DNA of 37,219 bases from Candidatus Marsarchaeota archaeon (GTDB lineage Archaea; Micrarchaeota; Micrarchaeia; Micrarchaeales; CABMGC01), in NCBI GenBank assembly GCA_023379075.1, contig JAMCSO010000026.1:1-37219 (forward strand), read 5' to 3'. Of this stretch, positions 8,812 to 17,903 are shown piece by piece. The notes under the pieces were generated by a model. It made no database searches and was not told where the DNA came from. It saw only the letters and a list, made by a program, of their open reading frames with translations. The stretch's first letter is position 1; every line of letters begins with the position of its first letter. Both the position numbers and the translations under genes were made by a program.

Positions 8812-9708
8812 ATCGAAGCTACAGACATATTTGTGAAAACCTTCAATATACTCAGATCCAATCCTGGGGCAGTTCTGCCTTTGCTTGCATTTACACTAAT
8901 TATCGGAGGGATAACTCTATATTATGTCTTTTCTTTGCTGAACGGACTTTATGGTGTTAATGGCTTTGCCCTTGGCCACCACATAAAAACAAACAGTTCA
9001 TACCTGTCCGCTCTGATACCTTTCTTTGAGAAGATAGTCATGTTCATACTTCTACTGATACTAGCCTCATTCTTCATAACACCCTTGCTAACTGGTTTTT
9101 ACATAAGTGTTGCTAATCAGGGATATGTCAAAACACGAATATCAACCGGCGCCGCATTCAGCTTCGCAAAGAAAGCATACCTTACTCTTCTTGCAACAGA
9201 ACTTGTTATCTATGCAATATGGATTGCAGCCATTGCAATTCTTGCACTCATATTCATTCTTCCAGTTGGATATTTTGGTCGCGGGATCGGCTCAATCATC
9301 TGGCTTCTTCTAGGCGGCATCGTCTCTCTAATAATATTAATATTTCTAGGCATACTGCTCTACGAGGCGTATCCGATTGCGGCGATGGAGGGGGTTGGGG
9401 CAATAGGCGCCATAAAAAGAAGCGTCGATGTTGGGTGGAGGAAGATACGCGAAATATTTGTGGTCTTTCTGGTAACGGCAGCGATATTGATAGGTTACAT
9501 CACAATACTGGGCTTATTACAGACAACACTCGAGTTTCTTGCTTCTACATATGGGGTTCTATCCATAGGCATAATAATTATGCAGATAATAAATTTCATA
9601 TTTGGTTCTGGACTAAATTCCTGGTTCCTGATGGTTCCTGTTGGTCTCTATAAGGGATATGTGGAAGCCGAGGTTGAAAACAAGCCGAAGAACACCAAAG
9701 CCGAATGA
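8812..9708 (+). CDS. Multi-pass membrane protein (about 6 TM; GDPD membrane-anchor/DUF7847-like pattern)
   Basis: Hydrophobic helices with 'GAIGAIKRSVDV' motif. Start uncertain: ATC at 8812 behind an SD-like GTGAT, TTG at 8800, or 8713 per ORF track. Confidence 0.65.
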   Translation: MEATDIFVKTFNILRSNPGAVLPLLAFTLIIGGITLYYVFSLLNGLYGVNGFALGHHIKTNSSYLSALIPFFEKIVMFILLLILASFFITPLLTGFYISVANQGYVKTRISTGAAFSFAKKAYLTLLATELVIYAIWIAAIAILALIFILPVGYFGRGIGSIIWLLLGGIVSLIILIFLGILLYEAYPIAAMEGVGAIGAIKRSVDVGWRKIREIFVVFLVTAAILIGYITILGLLQTTLEFLASTYGVLSIGIIIMQIINFIFGSGLNSWFLMVPVGLYKGYVEAEVENKPKNTKAE

Positions 9709-9840
9709 GAGATCCGCCACTCAATCAAAGCAACACCCCAAAAGCATATCTTTGCCATTTACTGACCCAAACCAACCATATTTCAATTTACTTCTCAAAA
9801 ACTTTTTATATCTCTGTGTTTGAAAAGATGCAGTGATACT

Positions 9841-10512
9841 GTGCTGGAAATCACCCCTGCAAACAACATGCAGTCTCCAGTTACTGAAAAAAAGATAGAT
9901 GAATCTGCACAACCAGCACCGAAATCTGGAGAAACAAGGCAGACATACATACTTCCTGCCATAGCTGCGATAATAATACTCGTATACTTTCTAGTCCTTC
10001 CAACAATCACACTAAAGAATCCTCTTCTCACAAATACACAAGCGGAAGCTATCCTTGGCACGGGCACATGCTACACAGAGACCATAACCAACAGCTCTTT
10101 GTTTGAGTACGGCAAACAATTTCCACAGATCCAAGGCAACGTGTCTTATGGCTGGGGCCTTCAATGCAGAAAGACCAATGCTGGATACACCGAGATTTTA
10201 TCAGAGCTCGTATTTCAGACAAATTCCTCAGCAGGCGTATCCTCCTCGCTCTACTCATACTCTCTTAATCATCTTCTCGCCCTCTCTGCAACAAGCAACA
10301 TCGCAGTGAACACAATCACTCTGTCTGGAGCTGTTTCTGGAGCCAGATACGATCTCTCCAGAGTTGTACAACAAAAAGGAGGAGAGAGCACCACCACAAT
10401 AATACTCACAGAGTCAAGAAATGACAACGCAGCATTGGTTGTCCTATACAATACTAGTACGAGCCTCAATACTTCATTCCTTGTATCTTCGGTCGCAGAG
10501 AGATTAAATTAG
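9841..10512 (+). CDS. Hypothetical membrane-anchored extracellular protein
   Basis: One TM (ILPAIAAIIILVYFLVL) followed by an S/T/N-rich domain; GTG at 9841 follows GTGAT. Confidence 0.65.
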   Translation: MLEITPANNMQSPVTEKKIDESAQPAPKSGETRQTYILPAIAAIIILVYFLVLPTITLKNPLLTNTQAEAILGTGTCYTETITNSSLFEYGKQFPQIQGNVSYGWGLQCRKTNAGYTEILSELVFQTNSSAGVSSSLYSYSLNHLLALSATSNIAVNTITLSGAVSGARYDLSRVVQQKGGESTTTIILTESRNDNAALVVLYNTSTSLNTSFLVSSVAERLN

Positions 10513-10518
10513 CCTTAA

Positions 10519-11382
10519 TTATGTTATAAACAAGAACAGAATATTACCAACAAGTATGGAGAGGATCGTTCCGATAAGTACAAAAAGAGCCAAAGGTATT
10601 GAATTTCTATAAACAGGCACCTTCTTCCTTATCTTATTTGTATCCTTCAAAAACGACCTTTCTACCAGTCTGCCAAACTTTCTTGATTTGGATTTGAAGA
10701 AAGATATCTCCTTTCTTGTCATGAGATTTAATGCAAGCATATCTCCTTCTTCGAGCTTCGAAGGATATACAAACTCCACCATCCTTGAATTTATCTCTGT
10801 TCCATAATAGCTTATCAAGGAGGCCGCGCATGCGAAGACCACCATTAAGACCAAGCCCTCCACACTTATCCCTAAAGAATATTCAATAAAAGTTAGGAGC
10901 AGAAGATATGAGACGAGGAGCGTTAAGGCCCTAAAAGCACTCTTCTTCCCATGGCCCCTCTTTTCTGCTTCCCTATTCTTCTTTGTAAAAACCAGATAAT
11001 ATATCGGCATCATTATTACCGCAGCATAACCTGCAGTTACCAAAACAGAGAAGATAAACGGAAGTTGATACTGCTGCACACTTGTAAGGTATGCGCTCGG
11101 CTGTATTGGCATTATCAGGCTGAGTGCCACAAACTCATAAATGTCACCAGCCCCAAGGAAGCCTGTTTTGTATGCAACATATCCTAATGAGCCTATTGCA
11201 AGAGCAAGCAGAAGATCCAACCCTAATATTGGTAGTGGGTATGTGATTGAGAATAAGAATCCAACAGCAACAGTGGCATAAACAACGGTATTTGGAACAT
11301 TCCTTTTATTAAATACATCGAATCCAGCGTAGATCAGTGCTACTACCAGGAGTCCAAAAACCCTTAAAGAATACGATAACAT
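10519..11382 (-). CDS. Prepilin/pre-archaellin peptidase (A24, PibD/FlaK-like)
   Basis: First catalytic Asp in FDVFNKRNVPN, GxGD motif (GAGD), C-terminal V-VY..IPL..F..IG segment, multi-pass TM. Confidence 0.85.
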   Translation of the reverse strand: MLSYSLRVFGLLVVALIYAGFDVFNKRNVPNTVVYATVAVGFLFSITYPLPILGLDLLLALAIGSLGYVAYKTGFLGAGDIYEFVALSLIMPIQPSAYLTSVQQYQLPFIFSVLVTAGYAAVIMMPIYYLVFTKKNREAEKRGHGKKSAFRALTLLVSYLLLLTFIEYSLGISVEGLVLMVVFACAASLISYYGTEINSRMVEFVYPSKLEEGDMLALNLMTRKEISFFKSKSRKFGRLVERSFLKDTNKIRKKVPVYRNSIPLALFVLIGTILSILVGNILFLFIT

Positions 11383-11492
11383 TATAACAACCAACACGCT
11401 TATACAAAGGGCTAATGTGATAGCAGCAGATAATTATATATACGTGTTACATATAAGGTATAAAAGCAAAAGGATCATCGTTCGGTGTTTAT

Positions 11493-11606
11493 TTGGGAAG
11501 TATACCTAGAAAATGGAAGAAGAAAGGAAGAATGCGCTGGAAATGGGTTAAAAAGAAGAGAAAGAGAGTAAAGAGAGCGCAAAAGAGAAGGGTCGGAGAA
11601 CTCTAA
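11493..11606 (+). CDS. rpl41e: Ribosomal protein eL41/eS32 (37 aa)
   Basis: Hand-translated: TTG start after [43 protein letters not shown]. Contains the diagnostic [14 protein letters not shown]. Absent from the ORF track. Confidence 0.92.
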   Translation: MGSIPRKWKKKGRMRWKWVKKKRKRVKRAQKRRVGEL

Positions 11607-11621
11607 TGAAGTTGGGTATAA

Positions 11622-12293
11622 ATGGCAGCCCGAAAGCGAAGGCCTCCTATTCAGAAAGGAGGAGGCCTTCTCGAACAAAGATGGATCAGGGCAGCGGTTA
11701 TAGTGTTCATTACTGAGCTGTTACTGTTGGCACTCTTCAGCATGGCTCCTATTTCTAGCTCCCAGCAGGCATCACTGCTATCACAGTATAGCTCCCTTGA
11801 AAGCACCATCTCAAACAAATCCTTCCTCTATCAATTCTTCTTCATAGCTCCGCACAATATCCTAATAGCAGCTATAGACGAGATTCCCATTCTTGGGCTA
11901 GCATTCTTCGGTTATTCGATAACCCAGACAGCGATGTTCCTTAATGCATATGCTGTTTCAATCAGCCAACCAGGAATAGTTCTGGTCATAGCATTATTCT
12001 TATTGCCTCACACCATACTCGAGCTGCCAGCATACGCATTAGCAGCAACAGAAAACCTCTTTTTATCCTACTCTTTATTTAGGGGTGGATTTAGAAAAGA
12101 GTTGAGAAGGGCAGCCAGGGTGCTTGGGCTGATCGTGGCAGAGTTGTTTATAGCAGGATCCTTTGAGACCGCAGAACTTCAGCTCAGTACGTATGCGGCA
12201 CTCTCTCTATGGATTCCATTCATACTGCTGATATCTGTTCTGCTATTCTTTCTACTTAAGAAAAAAGAGCCGAAAAGAAGACACATCAAGTAA
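11622..12293 (+). CDS. SpoIIM (DUF95) family membrane protein
   Basis: HN..IA, LPHTILELPA and AGSFE motifs; multi-pass TM. Confidence 0.85.
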   Translation: MAARKRRPPIQKGGGLLEQRWIRAAVIVFITELLLLALFSMAPISSSQQASLLSQYSSLESTISNKSFLYQFFFIAPHNILIAAIDEIPILGLAFFGYSITQTAMFLNAYAVSISQPGIVLVIALFLLPHTILELPAYALAATENLFLSYSLFRGGFRKELRRAARVLGLIVAELFIAGSFETAELQLSTYAALSLWIPFILLISVLLFFLLKKKEPKRRHIK

Positions 12294-12873
12294 TTGTCCG
12301 TATTTGGTATCTGCCTCTCTTCTCTATCTCCTTAAGTTTTGATACAACAACATCTCCTTCTGAACAACTCTTAACATAGCTCTGTTCAAGAGCATGATAT
12401 CCTTTTCCCAACGACCTCTTGATCAGAAGCAAGTCTATGGCACGCCCCTCAACGCTCTTAGTTATTTCAGACAATCCAAAATCAATTATACTAAGGCCAT
12501 TCTCCGCAAGCATGAGGTTCGCTGTTGTAAAATCTCCATGTATCACTCCTGAGTCGTGGAGCTTTGCAAGAATTCTTCCTATCTCTTGAGGAATACCTTC
12601 AGGAATACTCTCAAGGTCCTTCAGGGCAACTCCCTCAAGAATCTCAAAATACAATGTAAATCTGCTGCACGCAATAAGTCGTGGGACAGGTACTCCTGCG
12701 CGGTGGGCTCTTTCCATGCATCTGGCCTCCCGCTTTGTCCTTCCCTCTCTTAGTTCAGTATCAAGCTCCTCTACTCTATACTCCTTTCTGCCACGAACCT
12801 TTGCTGCAACCCTATTACCAATAAATTTCACAGTGTAGATCTCCGCCTCTGCTCCCCTGGATAATAACCGCAT
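12286..12873 (-). CDS. bud32: KEOPS complex kinase Bud32
   Basis: RGAEA, K.R..K.YR, RTKREA, IHGDFTTAN, IDFGL, EIEKRGRY. Confidence 0.95.
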   Translation of the reverse strand: MRLLSRGAEAEIYTVKFIGNRVAAKVRGRKEYRVEELDTELREGRTKREARCMERAHRAGVPVPRLIACSRFTLYFEILEGVALKDLESIPEGIPQEIGRILAKLHDSGVIHGDFTTANLMLAENGLSIIDFGLSEITKSVEGRAIDLLLIKRSLGKGYHALEQSYVKSCSEGDVVVSKLKEIEKRGRYQIRTIT

Positions 12874-13851
12874 TTAATCAGCCAAGTATTCCACATCATT
12901 TATCCGATATCTCTGCATATAATCACAATCTTCTACTTTTACGCCATACCCCCTTTTCAATACTCTTTCCGCGAGCAGCGCAATCATGGCACCATTGTCT
13001 GCATTAAACTCATTAGGCGCAGCACCGAACTTTATCTTGTGCTCCCTTGCAACACTCTCTAGCATCGCCTTCAACCTTTCACTCTGTGCAACTCCGCCGC
13101 ACACGCAGAATTCTCTGCTCTTGGTAAGAAGAAGCGCACGCTCTGCTGCCTCGCAAAGCATTGCAAAGGCCGTTTCCTGCAGGGAGAATGAGACATCTTT
13201 TTTACTATTCCTTTTGGATAGCTCGACAGCCTTTGTCATAAGTCCTGCAAAGGCAAAGTCCATGCCCTTTACAGTATATGGCAACTTTATGTATTTTCCC
13301 CCAGTAGCTATCTTTGCAACGCTAGACCCCCAGGCAGGATCAAGCCCTATTTTTCTAGCGAAAGAATCCAGCATGTTACCTACACCAATATCAAACGTCT
13401 CCCCAAGAACCAAATAATGTCTTCTTTCAGAGTCGAGCTTAAGAATCTGCGAGTTCCCTCCGCTGACATATAGTGCCAGAGGATCTCTCATATTGGAAAG
13501 GCGTTTTGCTACCTCTACATGTGCCATTCCGTGGTTAATCGGAACAATATCTACATTCAATTCATTGGCCATTGCCTTTGCCTTGCTCATGCCAACCTTA
13601 AGGCACGGGCCTATTCCGGGCCCCATGGTATATCCTATCCCTGAGATATCTTTGAGTCTAACGTCTGCCCTTTCCAAAGACCTCAAAATAACTTCATCCG
13701 CATTCTTATTGTGGAATTCAGCAACCTTTATTGGTATCATGCCTGAATTCCCTATTGGGTAAACCGATTTCTCATTAGAGAGTATTCTCCCATTCTCCAC
13801 TATTCCTACTCCGAACGTATGTGCACTGCTTTCTATACCCATGGTTGGCAT
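12874..13851 (-). CDS. kae1: KEOPS complex t6A synthase Kae1
   Basis: GIESSAHT, GPGIGPCL, NHGMAH, LYVSGGNSQ, GGVA, DNGAMIA; its stop abuts the bud32 start (TAAATG). Confidence 0.96.
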   Translation of the reverse strand: MPTMGIESSAHTFGVGIVENGRILSNEKSVYPIGNSGMIPIKVAEFHNKNADEVILRSLERADVRLKDISGIGYTMGPGIGPCLKVGMSKAKAMANELNVDIVPINHGMAHVEVAKRLSNMRDPLALYVSGGNSQILKLDSERRHYLVLGETFDIGVGNMLDSFARKIGLDPAWGSSVAKIATGGKYIKLPYTVKGMDFAFAGLMTKAVELSKRNSKKDVSFSLQETAFAMLCEAAERALLLTKSREFCVCGGVAQSERLKAMLESVAREHKIKFGAAPNEFNADNGAMIALLAERVLKRGYGVKVEDCDYMQRYRINDVEYLAD

Positions 13852-13906
13852 CACATTCAACCTGCAAAGAGAAAATACTAAAATACTAATCAGGAAGATA
13901 TTTATT

Positions 13907-14743
13907 ATGGTTTTGTTTGAGATAAACAAGCAACTTAATGCCTTCAAGGCGATTCCATTCAAAACCCTCACATGTGGTTATTGCGAATCTCCGGTCCTAT
14001 CTCCTACTAAAGATTCTGCCTTTTGTCAATTCTGCGGTGCATACACGGAAGATGCCAAAACCCAGGAAAAACCCGAAGACACTGCCTTCCATAATGGGTT
14101 GGCGAAGATACAATCTTCGATACGCGGCGGGGCTCTTGGCGATGCAAAGGCACTTTCATCCACGCTCTTCACAAAACTCACTGATCCTGAAAAATTATTC
14201 TGTGGAGGCAACATCTACCTCTTTTTATCAGACCAAACTTATTCAAGCAAGGATTATGCCATAACGGGATTTATGGAGAAAAATTCCGCAAACGTTTACG
14301 AATCTCTAGATCTGACCTCAAAATCCAAAGAATTTTTTTATAAAACCCTATGGTTGATAGACGCGTCAAAACCCGAGGAAGCTAACGAACGAGCACTTTT
14401 CATCGCATTTCTTTGTTGCATATACCTAAAGCAACACAAGAAAGCAAAAAGACATCTCGACCTACTGGGATCACGAGAAAAGCCAACACTGATCAGGAGA
14501 TATGCAGATATGATATACTCTGTAGAGACCGGTAGCCAGAATGCCAAAGCACTTATCGAAAGCCTCCTCGGACAAAAAGAGGTTAACACCTTCTTTTACA
14601 TGGGAAAGTATCTTGCCAAATCAAAGAAGCTTACCGAAGCAGAAGCTCTGCTTGCAGCCATAACCTCAATATGCAAGCATCCGCAGGCAGAAGAGCTGCT
14701 AAATAAGATTAGGAACACCGAGCAGGCGCTTTCTCTGCAGTGA
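13907..14743 (+). CDS. Hypothetical protein, N-terminal zinc ribbon plus TPR-like helical region
   Basis: CGYC...CQFC followed by Ala/Leu-rich amphipathic helices. Confidence 0.6.
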   Translation: MVLFEINKQLNAFKAIPFKTLTCGYCESPVLSPTKDSAFCQFCGAYTEDAKTQEKPEDTAFHNGLAKIQSSIRGGALGDAKALSSTLFTKLTDPEKLFCGGNIYLFLSDQTYSSKDYAITGFMEKNSANVYESLDLTSKSKEFFYKTLWLIDASKPEEANERALFIAFLCCIYLKQHKKAKRHLDLLGSREKPTLIRRYADMIYSVETGSQNAKALIESLLGQKEVNTFFYMGKYLAKSKKLTEAEALLAAITSICKHPQAEELLNKIRNTEQALSLQ

Positions 14744-14801
14744 GTCAAACACGAACTAATTAATACTTTTACAATAAAATACATAATGTCGGTGTCATTC
14801 T

Positions 14802-15587
14802 ATGCCTAACAAGACCGTAATCTCTGTTGTAATATTCATACTTTTGATAGTCGTACTTGTGGTTTATCTTGCAACACGGCCAAGTTCTTTTATACCTCAG
14901 CTAATACATCTGCCAACAGGCAATACCAACACCATAGTCAACACAACCAATAAAACACCATCAAATAAAACAATAACAACCAACACAACTAACAATACGA
15001 ATTCTTCTGGTTTGAGTGGTGAGTGTATTTCAAGCACTGAAACGGTTCCGGTACCTAATGGGAACTTCAGTCTCGGCACCTATCAGTCCTGGACTACAAC
15101 TGGTCTTGGGTTTGGATCCGAACCCTTTAACATAATCTCTGCAAATAATGAAGGCGCTTATTACGGGGCGCCATGGTCTGGATACAATGGTACATTCATC
15201 GCCACAACCTATTCTGGTGGAATTTCATTCCAGGCAGGAAACCTGACTTCAGATTACTTCTTAGTTACGGAGCCTTACCTCAATTTTAAGATAATCTCTC
15301 CACAAAACAACCAACTATATCTGGAGTTATTGACAGACAACAAAACCTTCATCAAGATTTATTACAATACCTATCAGGCCGCAAACAATACTGAGGCAGC
15401 AACCCACTTTGTAAATGCCAGCATCCCTCTAATAAGTCTTCTATGCAAATATGTGCGCGTCAGGGTAGTGGCAAATGTTCTTGGCACAGTCACCACCAGA
15501 GATCAATATCTGGCAGTGACCGACTTTCAGCTCTCCAGGGCCCCACATGCCGAAAGCGGCATAATCGTCAATCAAACAATATCTTGA
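14802..15587 (+). CDS. Hypothetical membrane-anchored extracellular protein
   Basis: N-terminal TM, T/N-rich linker, beta-rich domain starting NGNFSLG..W, many N-x-S/T sequons. Confidence 0.65.
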   Translation: MPNKTVISVVIFILLIVVLVVYLATRPSSFIPQLIHLPTGNTNTIVNTTNKTPSNKTITTNTTNNTNSSGLSGECISSTETVPVPNGNFSLGTYQSWTTTGLGFGSEPFNIISANNEGAYYGAPWSGYNGTFIATTYSGGISFQAGNLTSDYFLVTEPYLNFKIISPQNNQLYLELLTDNKTFIKIYYNTYQAANNTEAATHFVNASIPLISLLCKYVRVRVVANVLGTVTTRDQYLAVTDFQLSRAPHAESGIIVNQTIS

Positions 15588-15598
15588 GCTGGCTCTTT

Positions 15599-17041
15599 AT
15601 GGGAGGTGGACTAAGACTCTATAATACCTTGACAAGACGACTAGAAGAGTTCCAGCCATTGGAAGACGGGAAGATAAGATTCTTTGTATGTGGACAGACT
15701 GTTTATGATGATGCACATCTGGGACATGCAAAAGCATACATTAATTTTGACATAGTAGCAAGATGGCTAAGGCATCTAGGATACACACTGCATTACATTC
15801 AGAACATAACCGACATTGACGACAAAATAATCACCAGGGCAAAAGAATCACACAAAGACCCCACTGCGCTCGCAAGAGAGTTCGAGTCCAGATTCATGGA
15901 AGACATGGAGAAGATAGGAGTGAAGAAGAATGTAGACCAGTATCCACGCTCCCACGATTACATAGATGAGATTGGTCTTCAGATAGGTCTACTGCTCAAA
16001 AAAGGATATGCATATCTTTTGGACGGAGACGTTTATTACGACGTATCCAAATTCGAGGATTACACAAAACTCTCCGGTATGAAGCTCGAAGAGCTTGAGA
16101 AGCATAGGATCGAGCCCAAAGTCGGAAAAAGAAACCCTTACGATTTTGCGTTATGGAAAGCCTCAAAAGAAGGAGAGCCAAGCTGGAAGATCTCCTTGGA
16201 TCTGAACGGAAAAGAGATAACTCTGGACGGCAGGCCAGGATGGCATATAGAAGATACCGCAATAACCCATGCAATATTCGGGCCACAGTATGATTTGCAC
16301 GGAGGCGCAATAGAGCTCATATTTCCTCATCATTCCAACGAGATAGCCCAAGCCGAAGCCGCTTTCGGCAAAAAACCCTTTGTTAAATACTGGTTGCATG
16401 CCGGAGTACTCAACATAAAGGGAGTAAAGATGAGCAAGAGCCTCAGAAATTTCATAAAGATACGAGATGTATTTCCATTATACTCAGCAGAGACTCTTAG
16501 GCTCTTGATATGCTCTACCCATTACAGAAAAGAGATGGACTATGACGAGAATCTCATAAAGAACGCCGGAAGGAAGTTATCTTACTTATATGCTGCCCTT
16601 GGCATATTTTATAATATGCGCGAAGGAGCCTCAAACAAAGAGGGCTCCGAACAGATAAAAAAAGAAACAACCCTGTTTGTAGACGCATTCACAAAAGCCA
16701 TGAACGACGATTTTAATACGCCCCAAGCATTGACAGAACTTACCCTTATAATTAATAAACTCAGAGAATTTGCCGAAACAAATAATGAGATCGATGCCGA
16801 AGCAAAGATCCATGCACTCTCATCCATTCTTAAAATGGCGAATACTCTTGGAATTCTCACAAACGAGGGTTACAAAACAGAGATAAGCACAACAGCAATG
16901 CACCTTATAAGTTATCGAGAACGACTTAGACAGGATAAGAACTTCGGGGAAGCAGATACTATACGTGAACGCCTCAAGAATGAGTTCAAAATACTCCTTG
17001 AAGATACAGAATATGGTACCATTTGGTACAAAGAGCAATAA
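15599..17041 (+). CDS. cysS: Cysteinyl-tRNA synthetase
   Basis: LYNTLTR, CGQTVYD-AHLGH, QNITDIDDK, DFALWK, GRPGWHIE, FPHH-NE, KMSKS, DDFNTP. Confidence 0.96.
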   Translation: MGGGLRLYNTLTRRLEEFQPLEDGKIRFFVCGQTVYDDAHLGHAKAYINFDIVARWLRHLGYTLHYIQNITDIDDKIITRAKESHKDPTALAREFESRFMEDMEKIGVKKNVDQYPRSHDYIDEIGLQIGLLLKKGYAYLLDGDVYYDVSKFEDYTKLSGMKLEELEKHRIEPKVGKRNPYDFALWKASKEGEPSWKISLDLNGKEITLDGRPGWHIEDTAITHAIFGPQYDLHGGAIELIFPHHSNEIAQAEAAFGKKPFVKYWLHAGVLNIKGVKMSKSLRNFIKIRDVFPLYSAETLRLLICSTHYRKEMDYDENLIKNAGRKLSYLYAALGIFYNMREGASNKEGSEQIKKETTLFVDAFTKAMNDDFNTPQALTELTLIINKLREFAETNNEIDAEAKIHALSSILKMANTLGILTNEGYKTEISTTAMHLISYRERLRQDKNFGEADTIRERLKNEFKILLEDTEYGTIWYKEQ

Positions 17042-17120
17042 TTTATATGTCCTCTTACATTGGAACAGATTACAGATAATATTTAAATATAAGTTAGTAT
17101 AATACCTAATTAGTGTAAAA

Positions 17121-17627
17121 ATGTCTAGTTCAGCTACGGCGAAATCTGGTATTAAAGACACAAGCTCAAGACTCTCTGTTTTTCACGAAACGCAAAGAAA
17201 CGCAGACCGCGCACTTTACGATGCAATGCACGGCAAAGTCTCGCTCTCAGAATTAGTCCGTTCGATAAGAAGCGCCCATACGGGTGAGCACGAACTAGAA
17301 CAGAAAGCTGAAGCAGACTTAAACTTATTTAATTCAGCAGGACAATTATCTTTCGGGCAGCAGGTCAGAAAGTTCATAAGAGAGAATCCTCTACTCGAAT
17401 CAATGCATCAGAATCTGGAAGTCGGGGTAGCACTTATTGTGATAGGTGTGGCAAGATTATATTCAAGATTCTCAGAACACGGGTCTAGATCAAATGAAGT
17501 CAAAGCCGCTTCCCAAAACAACGCAGTTGAGGTTAAGAAACCTGCAACCAATGCAGAAACACCTGTTGTCGTTCTGTCTGCTATAAGGCGCGAAGGCGAA
17601 GAGGACAGACTTCCAGAAGCAGCCTAA
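17121..17627 (+). CDS. Hypothetical protein with one predicted TM segment
   Basis: 168-aa ORF with upstream TTTAAATA and downstream T-run; no recognised motif. Confidence 0.55.
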   Translation: MSSSATAKSGIKDTSSRLSVFHETQRNADRALYDAMHGKVSLSELVRSIRSAHTGEHELEQKAEADLNLFNSAGQLSFGQQVRKFIRENPLLESMHQNLEVGVALIVIGVARLYSRFSEHGSRSNEVKAASQNNAVEVKKPATNAETPVVVLSAIRREGEEDRLPEAA

Positions 17628-17903
17628 CCCTTAGCACTCTTTTTTATCTTAAGTGCACCTTACTTCTTAATCTTGTGAATATAAACCAAGATCGGTTACT
17701 GGGTGAAGAATGTAGCGTTGCCTCTCTTCTTTTATATTTTTTCCTGATTTCATCTTCCGCAACAGGTCATTATGCAAAGACCGCACCCGGTTGTGATAAA
17801 TATCTGGTGGCAAAATTCAGTTATTTCTATTAGTGAGCACTGCAGAAATAAAAAGGAGCTAAACAGGTACAGGTTATTTAAATTCTCAATATCATCAATA
17901 TCT

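Noticed and set aside
8628..8861. 77-aa minus ORF ending LPSGFEPEFQG
   Set aside because: Shadow of tRNA-Glu (antisense T-arm).
12286..13851. Kae1-Bud32 fusion or readthrough
   Set aside because: Same frame, but a clean TAA-ATG junction; separate genes are common in archaea and there is no recoding evidence.
15443..15598. N-terminal extensions in the ORF track (cysS; likewise polB, kae1, map, tmk, surface protein)
   Set aside because: They overlap neighbouring genes or promoters; downstream ATGs match family N-termini and SD motifs.
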